A stretch of DNA of 64,000 nt from Octopus bimaculoides (taxonomy: Eukaryota), in contig NC_068982.1 of assembly GCF_001194135.2 (NCBI RefSeq), forward strand, positions 130,839,289 through 130,903,288. The letters are read 5' to 3'. A model generated the notes under the pieces. That model ran no database searches and was not told the origin of the DNA. It saw only the letters and a list, made by a program, of their open reading frames with translations. Both the position numbers and the translations under genes were made by a program. Shown one piece after another: positions 27,173 to 39,624 of the stretch; position 1 is the first letter of the stretch; each line of letters begins with the position of its first letter.

Positions 27173-29663
27173 ACGTGCTACACTTTCTTTGACAATCCCT
27201 TTCTACCTATCGAGTTTTATCGCCGCACTGAATAATTATTTGGACTTTAATTCGAACATTTGATATTAATTTACATGCAAATTTTCTATCAAATCAGTTG
27301 AAGCAATATTGTTTTAATGTAAAAATAATTTTTCTTTTTATGATTTATTTTTGGTATATGCAACAAAGCAATATTAGATTAAAATAGCCATCTGTGTATA
27401 ATACTTAATGTAAATCCTTTGTGAAAGGTATATTTACTGCGCAATTCATCCGGAGGCACTATTTCTTTTTAACCTGATTTGTCTAAAAGTATAATTCGAA
27501 AAGAGATGAAAATCGTCCCAGCAGCAAACGAATATTGCAGTGAAATTGCTTTTCACGGTGTACTTACATTAAGTGAGATACTTATGATTAAATATATTTG
27601 TATTAACATACTTTCCCTATTTTTCTTTCTTTTTTTTTTGGATGGCGGGGTGCGTCATTAGTGGAATACTTTTGGTGATGGATTTAATGCAAACAAAAGT
27701 CAATTATTTCTCAAACAATCAAACTCTGCGTCTAGCTCAAAGCTACGTGTAGACATCTGATCTTCCCAACTAATGACTCTATCTATCTATCCACACATGA
27801 ATGATTGATCAATGATCAATAGACATTATCTACACAATATTTCTCTTCGACTTATCAAATCTATAATTATAGATTATAGAATAGTGGGAAATGAAAATTA
27901 GATTTATCATGGTTTTGAAGCAAGAATTATTTCATCACCCTTAAAACATTTTCCGTGCTTCATTTGAATGAAGGCCCAACAGGTGTAAGGATGAGATTGA
28001 GAAGACACAGTCTCGTTCGAATTTCCCCATTGCCAATCAACAATGTCTCCTAAGTATAAAATGAAAGGGCCTCAGCTCAGTTGTTCAATTTTTTTACAAC
28101 TGGTAGCCAGTTCTTCCACATTAAAACAAAAGGATACCACTGGAAAATATAGGCATTGATATGCTAAGTCTAAGTAAAAAAAAGTAGCACCGTCACGATG
28201 GTAAATACTTTGATTATAAGCTTGAATTTGTCAGGTCTAAACTGGGTATGAAATAACACAGCTAATATGAATATCATGTGATAGAGTAAAGTACACTGGG
28301 CCCACCAAATAGCAAGAAGCTCTACCGTATCTAGATACATGGAATTACAATTTTATTAATGCGACAATAACTATGACTGAATTGAGTCAATGAGTCCGCG
28401 ATCCAAGTTCTATTCCCAGTTAGAATAATTTGACGGCTATTATATATATAAATACATGAATATTAAACCTCACCATTTATGTTTCGCGTTAAAATTATTT
28501 ATGCTGATAAAAAAAAATAAAATAAAACACAAAACACATTACTAGCTGAAATGACCCAAATTTATTAATGACCGAGAAAGTTAGAACATTTTTAAAGAAT
28601 GCAAAAAAGAAAAGAAAAAAAAGAAATAAAAGTTAAATCTGGTGAAACATCAACGAATTTTGAGAATAGGGTGAAATTTTTTGTGGAAGATTTCATCAGA
28701 TAAACTACATTGCTGTTGGGTTAAATATCAACGAATTTTGAGAAGAGGGTTATATTTGATGAAAGATTTAATTATTCCTTAAAAGTACATTTGTATTGGC
28801 TGAAATCTGGAATCCGAGGAATCTGGTAAGAAAGATTCATTGGAGATTCAAATGCATTCAGTTGTTTTGAGAAATGTGCATATTTGCCTGAAGTTTAATT
28901 GACAACATCCCTCATTCTTTCTTTTCTCTCTTTCTTTCTTTACCTCAAATCCAAAAAGCAATGCCCGAAACGTCATATTCTAAACTAAACTTATAAAACT
29001 CACCACTGAATATGTGCGTGCGTGAGCGCGTGTGCATTTGTCTTTGCGCGCGCGCATGTGTATGTAATAAGAAAAATTAATATGAAGTAATGTTAGATTT
29101 GAACATGCGTAAACGAGGATACCGTACAATGCAGTCATTATAATACAAAGAAGGCAGTCATTTTACGAAAAGAAATATTTCGAGTTAAACATCCCTTATC
29201 AAAAAGCTATCGGGACATTGCATATTCCTCTTGCTGAGTATATCAACACTTTCCGTGGCAACCACAGGGACATGTCTTGAAAGGATTTGCTATTTCTGGT
29301 TTTTCCTTTTACTTTTTCAGATGTTTTCTTTCTTTCGAATTCTTCACCCACGAAAATTTCACAAGGTCCTTACAAAAATGTAAGTATATTTAAATGTATT
29401 TTTCACTTGAGAAAATATGTATCAAGCATTAAAATTTAGTGGGATAGGTGGTGAGTTTCAAGCAAAATGATTTTGAATGCTTTCAATTCTGCTCTTAATT
29501 TTCCCATTTCTGATTAATCAGGAGTTTTCGATTTATTTCCAAATATTATATGTCAGCGGCTTTATACTCGAAACACAAAAGAATTTTGTAAGACATTTTT
29601 ATTCATATGTGTGTGCGTACGTGTGTACATATATTTGTGTGTGTTTTCACGGTTGTGATGCAG

Positions 29664-30091
29664 TATAGAATGTCCTAGCTACAACATCATGTCTCATCGG
29701 TAGATAATATCGTGATGACATTTTTGGACAACTGCTTATGATGTGAGTGATATCTTCGGTTTTAACTCCACAAAATCTGCATCAGTTTTCACATTTTGCT
29801 ACTTTTCCAGCATATCTATACCTTTTGTACATCAGGTATTTGGTTGATATTTCCTGTTTCTGGATTGCAAATGCATACCCTTCAAAGTGGGAGGTAGTAA
29901 TCCGGTTATTGTCCATAATAGACTGCTTTGATGACCACTGTTACTATCACCTCGGAGCTTTCTACTAACATATCCATGCATAGTCTTCTGCTCATATAGG
30001 CTCATCCTTTCATCTGATGATACGTTGCGGTAAAGTCGTGCGACTTCTTTGGACATGCATTAAGATGATCAGACAAGGAATGTTGCTAAAG
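29664..30091 (-). mobile_element. R4/Dong-type LINE fragment (CCHC zinc-finger region), 3' end lost
   Basis: TTSHFEGYAFAIQKQEISTKYL...CRFCGVKTEDITHIISSCPKMSSRYYLPMRHDVVART. The 5' end abuts (TATG)n. Confidence 0.88.
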
Positions 30092-30170
30092 TATGTATGT
30101 ATGTATGTATGTATGTATGTATGTATGTATTATGTATGTATGTATGCGTGTATGTATGTATTTATGTATG

Positions 30171-30499
30171 TCACTATTCAGTTTATTTCCAATTTTTTCA
30201 CCAAGATCCAAGACTTTCTGCAACACCAACAGCGTATTTTTGCATGTATGTATACGTGGAGTATTTGGAGTATGTGCATGTGCAGATTTGTACGTTTTTA
30301 TATATATATATTTTTCGTGCATGTAGCTGTATGTCTAGGCATACTTATATATACTTAAATTATAAACTTCTGGGATGTTTTACAGATTTTTACAGTTCCA
30401 GTGATGAAGTGGATATGTAGTCTTCGAATCAGCTTTCCCCTTTCTGGCTTTGAGAAGCCTAATTTCTCAAGATTGATACTTAGGCAATGTGTTACATAT
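30171..30499 (-). mobile_element. R4/Dong-type LINE, short 5'-truncated 3' end
   Basis: VTHCLSINLEKLGFSKPERGKLIRRL...TVKICKT and a 3' UTR ending aaataaactgaatagtgac. (TATG)n on both sides. Confidence 0.85.
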
Positions 30500-31909
30500 G
30501 TATGTACGTATGCATGTATGTATGTATGTAAGTATGTATGTACGTATTCACACGCAACCACAACTGTTGGACAAAATAATGGAAATATCTCATTTTTGTT
30601 GTATGTTTACTTTTAATATGGTGTCATTTCACCCTGTTGGTAAGAATAGCTTCAATCTGCCACACAGTCAACTCAGTCATGTTTCATTTAATCAGCTTCT
30701 GGATTATTAATCACACTAGCAAACTGCTTCTTACACGCTACTCTATTGTTGGCCATAAGGGCTCCATAAAATTCAAATCTTGTTGTGTTTGGGGAACGGT
30801 TCCAATCTAAATGTCTAAAATTTGCATCATGTTTAGCAACAATTTTTTTTTTTTTTTGCAATTTCCATTGCGTGCATTAATGTATGTTTATCTTGGAAAT
30901 TTGCTACAACATTGGTGGAGGCAAGGAGCTACATTTTTGTAGAATGATGCATTGCGTTTTAAAAAATAGATAGTGATTGAAATTCATTTTACTGTAGATT
31001 TAAAATAGGATTGACTGGACTGAATGCCAAGACGTAGTTGTTCAGAACATTGAACTCTCACAAACATATGTCATCGTAGGGATCCGGAAGCCAGATTAAA
31101 AGACTTGTGAAAGTATGTTTTCAACACCACCTGAGATTAGAAATATAGTTGTAAATGAGCGTTTATCTGAGTATGTAACTTTTCATGAACCATACAAGCT
31201 TTTGCCCTTCACGATATATATATTTTTTCTTTGTAATATGTAAGTTTCTTTTAACAATAGTGGTCCCATTCTAAAACCTGGTTTTAAAGAGTTTAGATTT
31301 TGATGCACAGTTATGCTGGCAACTCTATAGGAAAAATGGTCATTTAACTAAAAATCATTCCTACCTTTTTATTAACAAATTATGATAAATATATGTTTGT
31401 TCCATCACTGAAATTACTTTTTTTGTCCACTATTACTCTTGGCTTAACTAGATTTTCATTAGAGCTGAAAGGCAAGCAACACTTTTGACAGTTTTCTTTT
31501 CGAAACACCAATTCAACATAGTAGTTACTCACAAGAGACTCTTACTCTCCAATCCTACAGTCTGACTACTTAAAACATCTGATAGGTGTCCATTAGTGTA
31601 ATTTAATTAGAGCTTAATTTGGGTATGGTGATGAAAACTAATTAATTATATCAAATTCATTGCATTAGAAAATACAGCAGATTTAACAACTATGGAATGT
31701 TTATTTTTGATGAATGAAGTTGTAAATTTCGCTTTAGACAAAAGCAATTAATTCCATTGTTTTGTCCAACGCCGATATGTACACTTATATTTATCTAGGA
31801 GTGCAGTTAAGTACATAAGAAAGTATCTTCAATGCAATGCGTAATGTCTGTTTATCCCATGCTATTCGAGGTATGTTTTTCATGTACTTCAATTATTATC
31901 ATGATTCAA

Positions 31910-31940
<31 letters not shown>

Positions 31941-31970
31941 TGTATGTATGTATGTATGTATGTATGTATG

Positions 31971-32873
31971 TCATTATTCAGTTTTATTTCAAGATTTCTT
32001 GCCAACAGAGAAAGCTGATTTCTAACCTAGATGCAAGGTTCCTTCATTAGAATTTCAACATCAACGATAGGGTGTTTTTTATGTATTTTTGTATGTATAT
32101 ATGTATGTATGTATGTATGTGCAGATTTGCAGGTATTGTTTTATGAATGTGTGTTCATACATATACTTGCATATCTAGTCATGCTCATATATATTTAAAT
32201 TATAAATGTCTGGAAAGTTTTACAGATTTTTACAGTGCTAGTGGCGGATTGGATTTGTAGTCTTCGAATCAGCTTTCTCCTTTCTTGTTTTGAGAAGCCT
32301 AATTTCTCAATATTGGTATTTAGGCAGTGTGTTACATATCCCAGTGCCTCAATAAATACAGGTATAAACCTGAACTTGTAATCTAGATAAAGTAACTGCA
32401 GATTTCTCGATAGTTCAGCGTAAGTATTCTCTTTTTCACTGATCATCCGCTTTATGTTAACATCCACTGAGCAGCTAATTTCCACATCTGTACAGTTTCT
32501 CTTCTCTATTCCAAATCACTATATTTGGTCTGTTGTGCTTACATTTTATTGAGGTTTTCACTAGGACATTCCACCAGTGCTCCTCTTTATTATGAGTGAC
32601 TATAGCTTCTACCAAACTGTAAGTTCTTATTTCTTTGTCCTCGGGGTTATCCTTCCGACGGATTTCTTTATAGAATGTCCTCGCTACAACATCATGTCTT
32701 ATCGGTAGATAATACCGTGATGACATTTTCAGACAACTGCTTATGATGTGGGTGATATCTTCGGTGTTAACACCACAAAGTCTGCATTGGATGTCACATT
32801 TTACTGCTTTTTATGCATCTCTATCCCTTTTGTGCATCAGGTATTTTTGGTTGATATTTCATGTTCCTGGATT
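31971..32873 (-). mobile_element. R4/Dong-type LINE, 5'-truncated (zinc finger, RLE endonuclease and 3' UTR)
   Basis: CRLCGVNTEDITHIISSC (CX2CX8HX4C), RHDVVAR, KHNRPNIVIW...EISCSVDVNI...EKENTYAEL...IPVFIEALG. The 3' UTR ends aaataaaactgaataatgac. Flanked by (TATG)n at 31911-31970 and 32874-32904. Confidence 0.9.
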
Positions 32874-32905
32874 TATGTATGTATGTATGTATGTATGTAT
32901 GTATA

Positions 32906-32915
32906 NNNNNNNNNN
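32906..32915. other. Assembly gap (10 N)
   Basis: N characters. Confidence 0.99.
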
Positions 32916-33138
32916 ATATATATATATATATATATATATAATAGAAATATGTTACAAAAACAATAGAAACTACATATGGAAATGTAGGGGGAAAGTAAGA
33001 AGAAATATAAGTGAAAATGCACATTGGAAATCAAAAGAGTAAAGGCTTTTTATGAAAAGTAACGATAGATATATACAATTAGATGAACTGAGGTAGGAAT
33101 AGAAGTAATGAAAGTCATTATTGTGAATTGTTAAAGAG

Positions 33139-33186
33139 ATTCAAAAGCATACCGGTTTCGTAATGTTTCTAATCATTGTTTTGAAT
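33139..33186 (-). ncRNA. Second minimal type I hammerhead motif with A3-U8 variant core
   Basis: Minus strand: AUUCAAAACA-AUGAUUA-GAAACAUUAC-GAAA-CCGG-UA-UG(C)UUUUGAAU. 10-bp stem I with one bulge, palindromic ACCGGU stem III, GUA triplet, weak stem II. Confidence 0.65.
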
Positions 33187-33539
33187 GCGCACCGATTACT
33201 GAACGGTGTCAGGTCTACTAGTCCCTGAATAAAAAGATTGTGTAAGGATTTGAATTTCAAAAGCAACAAACACAATAATACTTGATGTTAAATTTGATGC
33301 TGGTCCTATATTTCAAAGGAAATATTTTGGGAAATTATAGTGTATTGTTAAAAAAATAACAGTATCAATCAAGTTGAGAAGGATAAAAAATATACTGACT
33401 TCAGTGTGATTTGAACGTAAAAAGTAAAGTACCCAAATAAACACTCCCGGTTGAAATTGGTTTAATCAAAATTGATCAATTTCACGCATAGTATTCGATT
33501 CAGAATACGAGCGAAGAAATTAATATTTTTAATTGTGCG

Positions 33540-35315
33540 AGAAGGCTCTCACCTAAAAAGAAAATAGACTGGTCTTCTGAGATGCCATACTGACAGTTGA
33601 GTATTAGAGGTAGGTACTAGACATGCATAAAGGTAAGAGGAAGGAAATGTAAAGGCGAAATCATGAGAGCATTCGCAGGGACGAGTAGCAGAAACAGAGA
33701 GGATACCGAAAAAAGGTATGCAGCCGCTTAAAATCGAGTATACGCATACAGTAGAGTCGCATCGCAAATACAACTAGTGAGTCGAAGTTTGATTATTGAA
33801 GTTTGTTTATTGTTAAAGTTGATGTTGAGTTTATCGTTATTTGAATTATTGTAGTGTTCTTTGGACACTGGTTTTTTTTCTGCCTTGTGACAGGCTAGTT
33901 GCGCTTTCCCTCCTCTATGAGGAAGGTGAGCCATGGAAAAAATTAGTTCTTCAAATTGCAGTTAGACAGAAGTGTCCGATTCTGAGCAGTCGGACACTTC
34001 GTTTGCCAATAGGAATAAAAGAAGCTTCACAGAAGTGGCTAAAGTGTCAGAAAGTAATGTGGATTTGAAAGAGTGGAAGAAATACTTCAAAATGATGAAA
34101 AGGGACAGAACAAAGGTGGCAGTAACCGCGTCAATTGAGACAATTTATAAAATAACGAGATGTACGGTAGTGTATAAAACACACTCAGCGGCCGACGGTA
34201 CTAAGGCGCGTATGGAAGGATATTAGGTATTTAACAAGAGGCAGTAAATATGGTACAATAAAGTCCAATTTAATGATGTAGGCAGTGCAAATTTGAACTG
34301 GTCAACAATATTAAAGAACGAGGAAGTAGTGATGTTGCACGGGTGTGGTCTCCGCTTGCGAAACTGATGTTTCCTAGGTTGACTAGTTTTAGTAAACGAG
34401 AAAGCTAGTTTCTTTGAAGATCGAGGTTGGGTACATGGTATACGGCGTGCCGTTAGGCCTTCCTGCTGTTCCGTCGCTTGAGTAATGCCAGCGGATTTGG
34501 TACCACTGCGTCATTCTATAGAAGGTTGGTAGAGGCTTGAAATGATGATACCCTTGGGGAAACCCTGGGTCTCGATAATAATTAGTCTGTTCCAAAGGAC
34601 ATTCGGAACGAGGGCTTTGGATAACTTCCAAAAGTCTCTGACCTGGCAATGTTACCGAGGTGTCTTACCCGTTCGGGATAAGCTCACCAGACACGACCAG
34701 CCCGGTCCGTCGGCCTGCCCAAGATGTGAGGCAGGAGAGGGAAACCGTTCTGCTTGCTGTTATGCTGTGTGGTTTCATGCAGAACACTTGTTGTCGGATG
34801 TAAGCAGAGTACAGCTGTCGTCTGAGTCAATTTTTAAAATTGACCCGCCGGATTTCTTCACGAAAGTAGGTAAGATTTGCTTTCTCATAGTAGTAGCAAT
34901 TGCGTGAGAGGTGATATGGAAGTCGAGAATGAAAGTATTGGCAACAGATGACGTCATCTCCGGCTCCGAGTTGGTGAGATTTATCACCTTTCACTTGAAA
35001 AGGAAAGTGGGGCCGGAGAGAATATTTAAAGATACATGGATGCGTGTAGCGAGGATGTTGTGTGTGAAAGATTCCTCGTGCCATAAGGCAGAACAAAAAG
35101 GTTCCGGTAGCGGAACAGAGCTCGTGGGGGTCGGATCTTAATCTGTTTCCCTACTTCATCGTATATGTATAATTGTCTTTTGTTTTGTATTTTCATCTGT
35201 TTGTAAATTCTTTCGATTTCGTTGTAAACGTGATAAAGTTTTATAATCATATGTGTGTCTAACCCCAATCAGGCTGTGCTGGGACTCTATGTTGGCCCCT
35301 TGTAGGCAATATAAA
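33540..35315 (+). mobile_element. L1/Tx1-type LINE, internally deleted (5' UTR and ORF1 N-terminus fused to the ORF2 zf-RVT C-terminus and 3' UTR)
   Basis: From 33933: MEK...RSFTEVAK...KITRCTVVYKT (ORF1 N-terminus, matches the 19.1-19.3 kb copy). From ~34340: WSPLAKLMFP...FQRTFGTRALDNFQKSLTWQCYRGVLPVRDKLTRH...CPRC (zf-RVT region). No APE or RT domain in between. The 5' boundary is approximate. Confidence 0.8.
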
Positions 35316-35639
35316 ACAGTAATGAGTGTAGAGGCAGAAAGGAGAATATCCAAGTGGAAGGGATTAGTTTGGGTAAAGCTGGCCAGGGATAAACTCAAGG
35401 AAAATGAAAAGTGTGTTCTACTGAATAGCGATAGATACGACGTGTTCATGGATACACATCGTGAATTGGTGACTGATTGTCAGGCCGGTGTTGTATAACA
35501 CCCTGCCGCCCGTAGTGGAATATGAAGAGTTGAGAAATGTTCGACAAAAAAATATATATGAACAATATAAAAAAAATGTTTTTAAAAATGTAAAAAAATG
35601 TTTTTAAAAAAAAACAAAATGAAAAACTGTCCAAAATAA

Positions 35640-36200
35640 TGTCTAAATGTAACCACTCGACTTCGGAGATCGAGTGGGCATTGCGTCTCATTTTATCATT
35701 TTCATAATTTCATACGTTTTTTTTTTTTCTTCCTTACTCGATTTCTTTTTGTATTTTTATTTCTCTGATTATAAGTTTTGTATTGTCTTTAATTTATAAC
35801 TTCTATATTTAGCTCCTTGTGGGTAATAAAAAAAATCGAGGTCAGATGAATGACCTGTTCCTGATTGTGAATCTTCCGCTTTACTTCTCTTCACTCGACT
35901 TTACTTCAGTTCTCCTTCCACTCTCCTACCTTTTTATCCCTCGCCATCATCCACACCTAACTGCACGTGGAGTGTTGGCCGATTTTTCCTTATTTTTCCT
36001 TCTTTCTCGTTGGACTTCTCCGTTTCCAATGAAGAGCTACGCTCGAAACGTTAGCAATTCTTTTTCACTGAGCGTCAAATTATTAAATTATTTGTGCACG
36101 TCCTAACGTTTGTTTTTCTTTTTCTTTGCTTTTCATTCTTTGAATTGATTTATTTATGCGCCTGGTTCTTTTTTCTTTTATTTGTTGTCTTTGTTCCTCT
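35640..36200 (+). mobile_element. Probable Penelope-like pseudo-LTR remnant with decayed hammerhead core
   Basis: Pyrimidine-rich tract containing ccaatga-a-gagc tac gctc-gaaa-cg-tt (36026-36052), i.e. a CUGAUGA...GAAAC hammerhead with two core substitutions. Assignment to Penelope is inference. Confidence 0.45.
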
Positions 36201-36949
36201 GTTCTCTTGACAAGCTAAACTGTCCTTGTGGTTAACGATTTAGTGGTGTTTATTTTTTTTATATTTAAATTTATACTGCTAATCAAAGATTGCAGAAGAA
36301 TCAGTATGAGGTATATAGTCTGTGGGATATGTTTTAATATAGCAAAAACTTTGCTCGTGCCTGAGAATTGTTAATTTTCCAACGTTGCTGAAATACTATT
36401 AATGCCATGTAATATATTTAATCATTTACTGTATTATATTATAATATTTAGGTAAGTATCTGCTGGTATAGTGAAAAGGTAACAATTGTATAATGCATAA
36501 AGTGTGTTTGTTCAGTCCAATCTCTCTTATGCAAGATTCTGCTAATAGTTCAAATAATGTGTGGAGCTAGGCATCTCTCTCCGTGGTATTAGCAACAGAT
36601 CACAATTATTGTTATGTGTGTAACACCAGGTCATTCAAGAAAAGCTATAGAATGAATTTAGCCGACTGAACTCGAGGTACGATACACTAATCCGATATTT
36701 TAGATATTATGTCATACCCCCACCTAGCCAAAGACCATAATACACACTACAACAGTAGTTATGGATCAAATGGTGTACAGCTTGACAGTCTGGGAACACT
36801 GCAATTATTCCACTGTCCTGCCTATTTCAGTATAGCTGCAATTTTCAGAGACAGCCATAGCAGAAACCTGAATATAGTCACGGTGATATTTGGACAGTTG
36901 CTATTCGTTCACTCTAATTGTGATACGCATCCCAGGGCAGTGCTTGGTA

Positions 36950-38900
36950 GTGATATTCAAGGGAATCAAGACTTTCGCTACGGCAAGACACCGTGCTCTT
37001 CACATGTTTTTATGATACTGCCTTTTTTCTTCTTGCTTTTGTTCATGTATCGATGTTCTATGACTGTAGACTGGACTCAGTGCAACCTTGTTCTTTGTGG
37101 TTTATTGTGGGGTGTAGTTGAGAGCTCGAGAGTACAAACAAGCTTGACACAATTCATAGAGAATCTAATGCATTTTGTCTTCATTATTGTTGATGCTTAA
37201 GGGGGCGAGCTGGCAGAAACGTTAGCACGCCGGGCGAAATACTTAGCGGTATTTCGTCTGCCATTAAGTTCTGGGCTCAAATTCCGCCAAGGTCGACTGG
37301 CCCCTTCCCCAAAAATTTCTGGCCTTATGCCTAGAGAAGAAAAGATTATTGTTGATGCATTCTATTGTCCAAATGCAATGCCTCGGATGTTCTAAGAAAG
37401 TTCGATAGCGTTGATATAGATGAGATGAATACTTGTTGCGTTGTTTTTGGAGCATATCTTTGTGATTTAGTAAAACCTTGGGTTTTTAATTTGTTTTCTT
37501 ATTCATTTATTTCTATATGGCTTATTGAGTGTCTGGTAGCTGTAAGGGATCAACATCCTAGTTAAGTTGGGAAGTGAATTATTTCGTTTTAATTTTGTCT
37601 TCCGTATGAAATTTTGTGGATAATTATTAGGATTTTTCTAATGTTTGCTTGATTTTGGATGTAACTAAGTTATCTGAGATAGTAATTGTTATATGAAATG
37701 TGTTGTGGCTGTTCTCTTATTTAACATTTCTTGTAACTCTACATTGTGTTTTACTGGGGGGGGGGGTTTAATGATTTATGCTGGATATGAATGATTGCAA
37801 TGGTCTATTATATTGAAAAATAAGTTCAATATAATTATTATAGAAAATTCAAAAACGCGACGATAACAACCATGCTATATCTATGGTTGTTGTCATGGAG
37901 ATTTTGAATTGTAAAAACTTTGGAATTGTTTTCTGAGAGAAATAATTCCCCTGGGCTGCTATTTAATGCTTGTAAGTGTGTAGTTAGTTACTTTATTCAT
38001 TTTTGTGAGGAGTATGCTGTGAGAATGATATTAAGTAGTTATAAGGTGAGCAGTTTGCCACGTGTTTGCAGTGGATATGGACGTGAATTAGAAATTGTTA
38101 TCTGTGGAAAAGATGTTGCTGAAAGGTGCGTATTGGCGGAGTCTTGGATAAAACAAGTTTATTCTTTAATTTTATTTGTATTGTTTTCTTATTAAGGTGG
38201 GCCATGTGCATTAAATTTTATTCTAATACTCCAATGATGGTGACTGAGATAATATTAGGGTCTTGTAGCTGTGGTGCGTAATCTAGTGAAACTGTTGATA
38301 ATGTTAATAGTGCAAAATATATGTTTAATGTATAAATGTTTCATGTTATCAAGGTTTTTCTCTTTTTGTCTAAAAGTGCTTTTATTTGTAGTGTGTTGTA
38401 TTTTACTTCAGTTCAAGCATAGATAAGCTATATTTGATGTATTTGATGCATGTTTTAGCTACGGCATGAAGCTGCTAACGTATGTTGACTTGTACAACCT
38501 TTATCAGGCAGTCAATAAGAAATTGAGGTGTCCTGTGTTGCGAAAGTTTCCTGAACTATATGAGCGCGAACGTCTTGTGACAGTAAAACATTTTAGTCCC
38601 ATAAATGTGTTTTTAGGTCATTACTGTTGTAGGATATAGTATTTTAAATTTGTTTACAATATTGACTTGCGTGTAAAGCGGTGGGGTATATTAGATACAT
38701 TTTGGGCGGACCTGTGAGGCTGAGAAAGAAGATATTTATTATTTATATAGTTGTTTTTGTTGTTAATGTTATTGTTTCTGAAATGTGTTATGTAGATTTT
38801 TTTTTTCATTAAATACTGTTATTTGATTGTGTTTGTTTATTTTGGAAAAAATCTTCTTTAGAGATTAGTCGTTAGTTGTGGATGTCGTCCACATGTTAAG
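36950..38900 (-). mobile_element. Very old LINE-like remnant (APE-endonuclease-like traces)
   Basis: Strong A/C-rich minus-strand skew; faint motifs TIIG..FNAH (~38200-38250) and W.T...T*YH..ILLT (~SDH.PI). Interrupted by a SINE with a 14-bp TSD. Clade cannot be assigned. Confidence 0.3.
37201..37344 (+). mobile_element. SINE family A (tRNA head; Meta-like central domain deleted) with 14-bp TSD
   Basis: gggcgagctggcagaaacgttagcacgccgggcg...ggctcaaattccgcc. TSD attattgttgatgc at 37183-37196 and 37345-37358. Confidence 0.9.
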
Positions 38901-39624
38901 TAATAAAACATCTTTCTCTGTGGAGAAATATACATCGTCCAACCAGCAATGAAGCCGCTATTATTCTACCTCTTTTCTGAATTCAGGACTAATTTATCAA
39001 AACTATTCATTTTTTAAAGCATTGAGATAAAAGTTGAATGAGATTTGACAGATAAATTTAGCAGGTCCTGTGACTGCATGCAAGCTCCTATTTGTGCTCT
39101 TATTTCCAAAGTCTCAGTGAGTCTGTGAGACAGAATATTTAATGTTTGAGTGGTTTGCTGTTGTTGCTTTTGCAACTTAGATAATGTGTGTATGTGTGAT
39201 TTAATGGCTGATAATATATGTAATAAGAGATAATATATGTAATACATTATCATCAAATAACATTGTTTTACTTAAATATGAATAAAAATGAGAAACATGT
39301 GTACAACTGGTAATTCAGAACAATTTCTCTACACCCTACTTGGTATGATATTCTTCTCTTCATTTCCCAACTTTGCAGGAAATCGAAGCAGAATTCTCTA
39401 CCATGTTAACTAATTAAGAATCGGAATACATTTCCAACTGTGTCACCAAAACATGCCTTTGAGCTTTTAGTCGTTTATTGTAACAAATATTCCGAAAATG
39501 ATACTAACTATTGTTTGGATTTCAATCGTTAGGAGAGAAGTTTCATCATGTATCCGTTGGATTTTCACTGATATTTCAAAGTCTGGCTAAGTGCAGTTTT
39601 CTCGAATATGTGTTACAATAAAAC

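Noticed and set aside
28940-28990. ccgaaacgtca (3' half of a hammerhead)
   Set aside because: No recognisable CUGAnGA core or stem I upstream.
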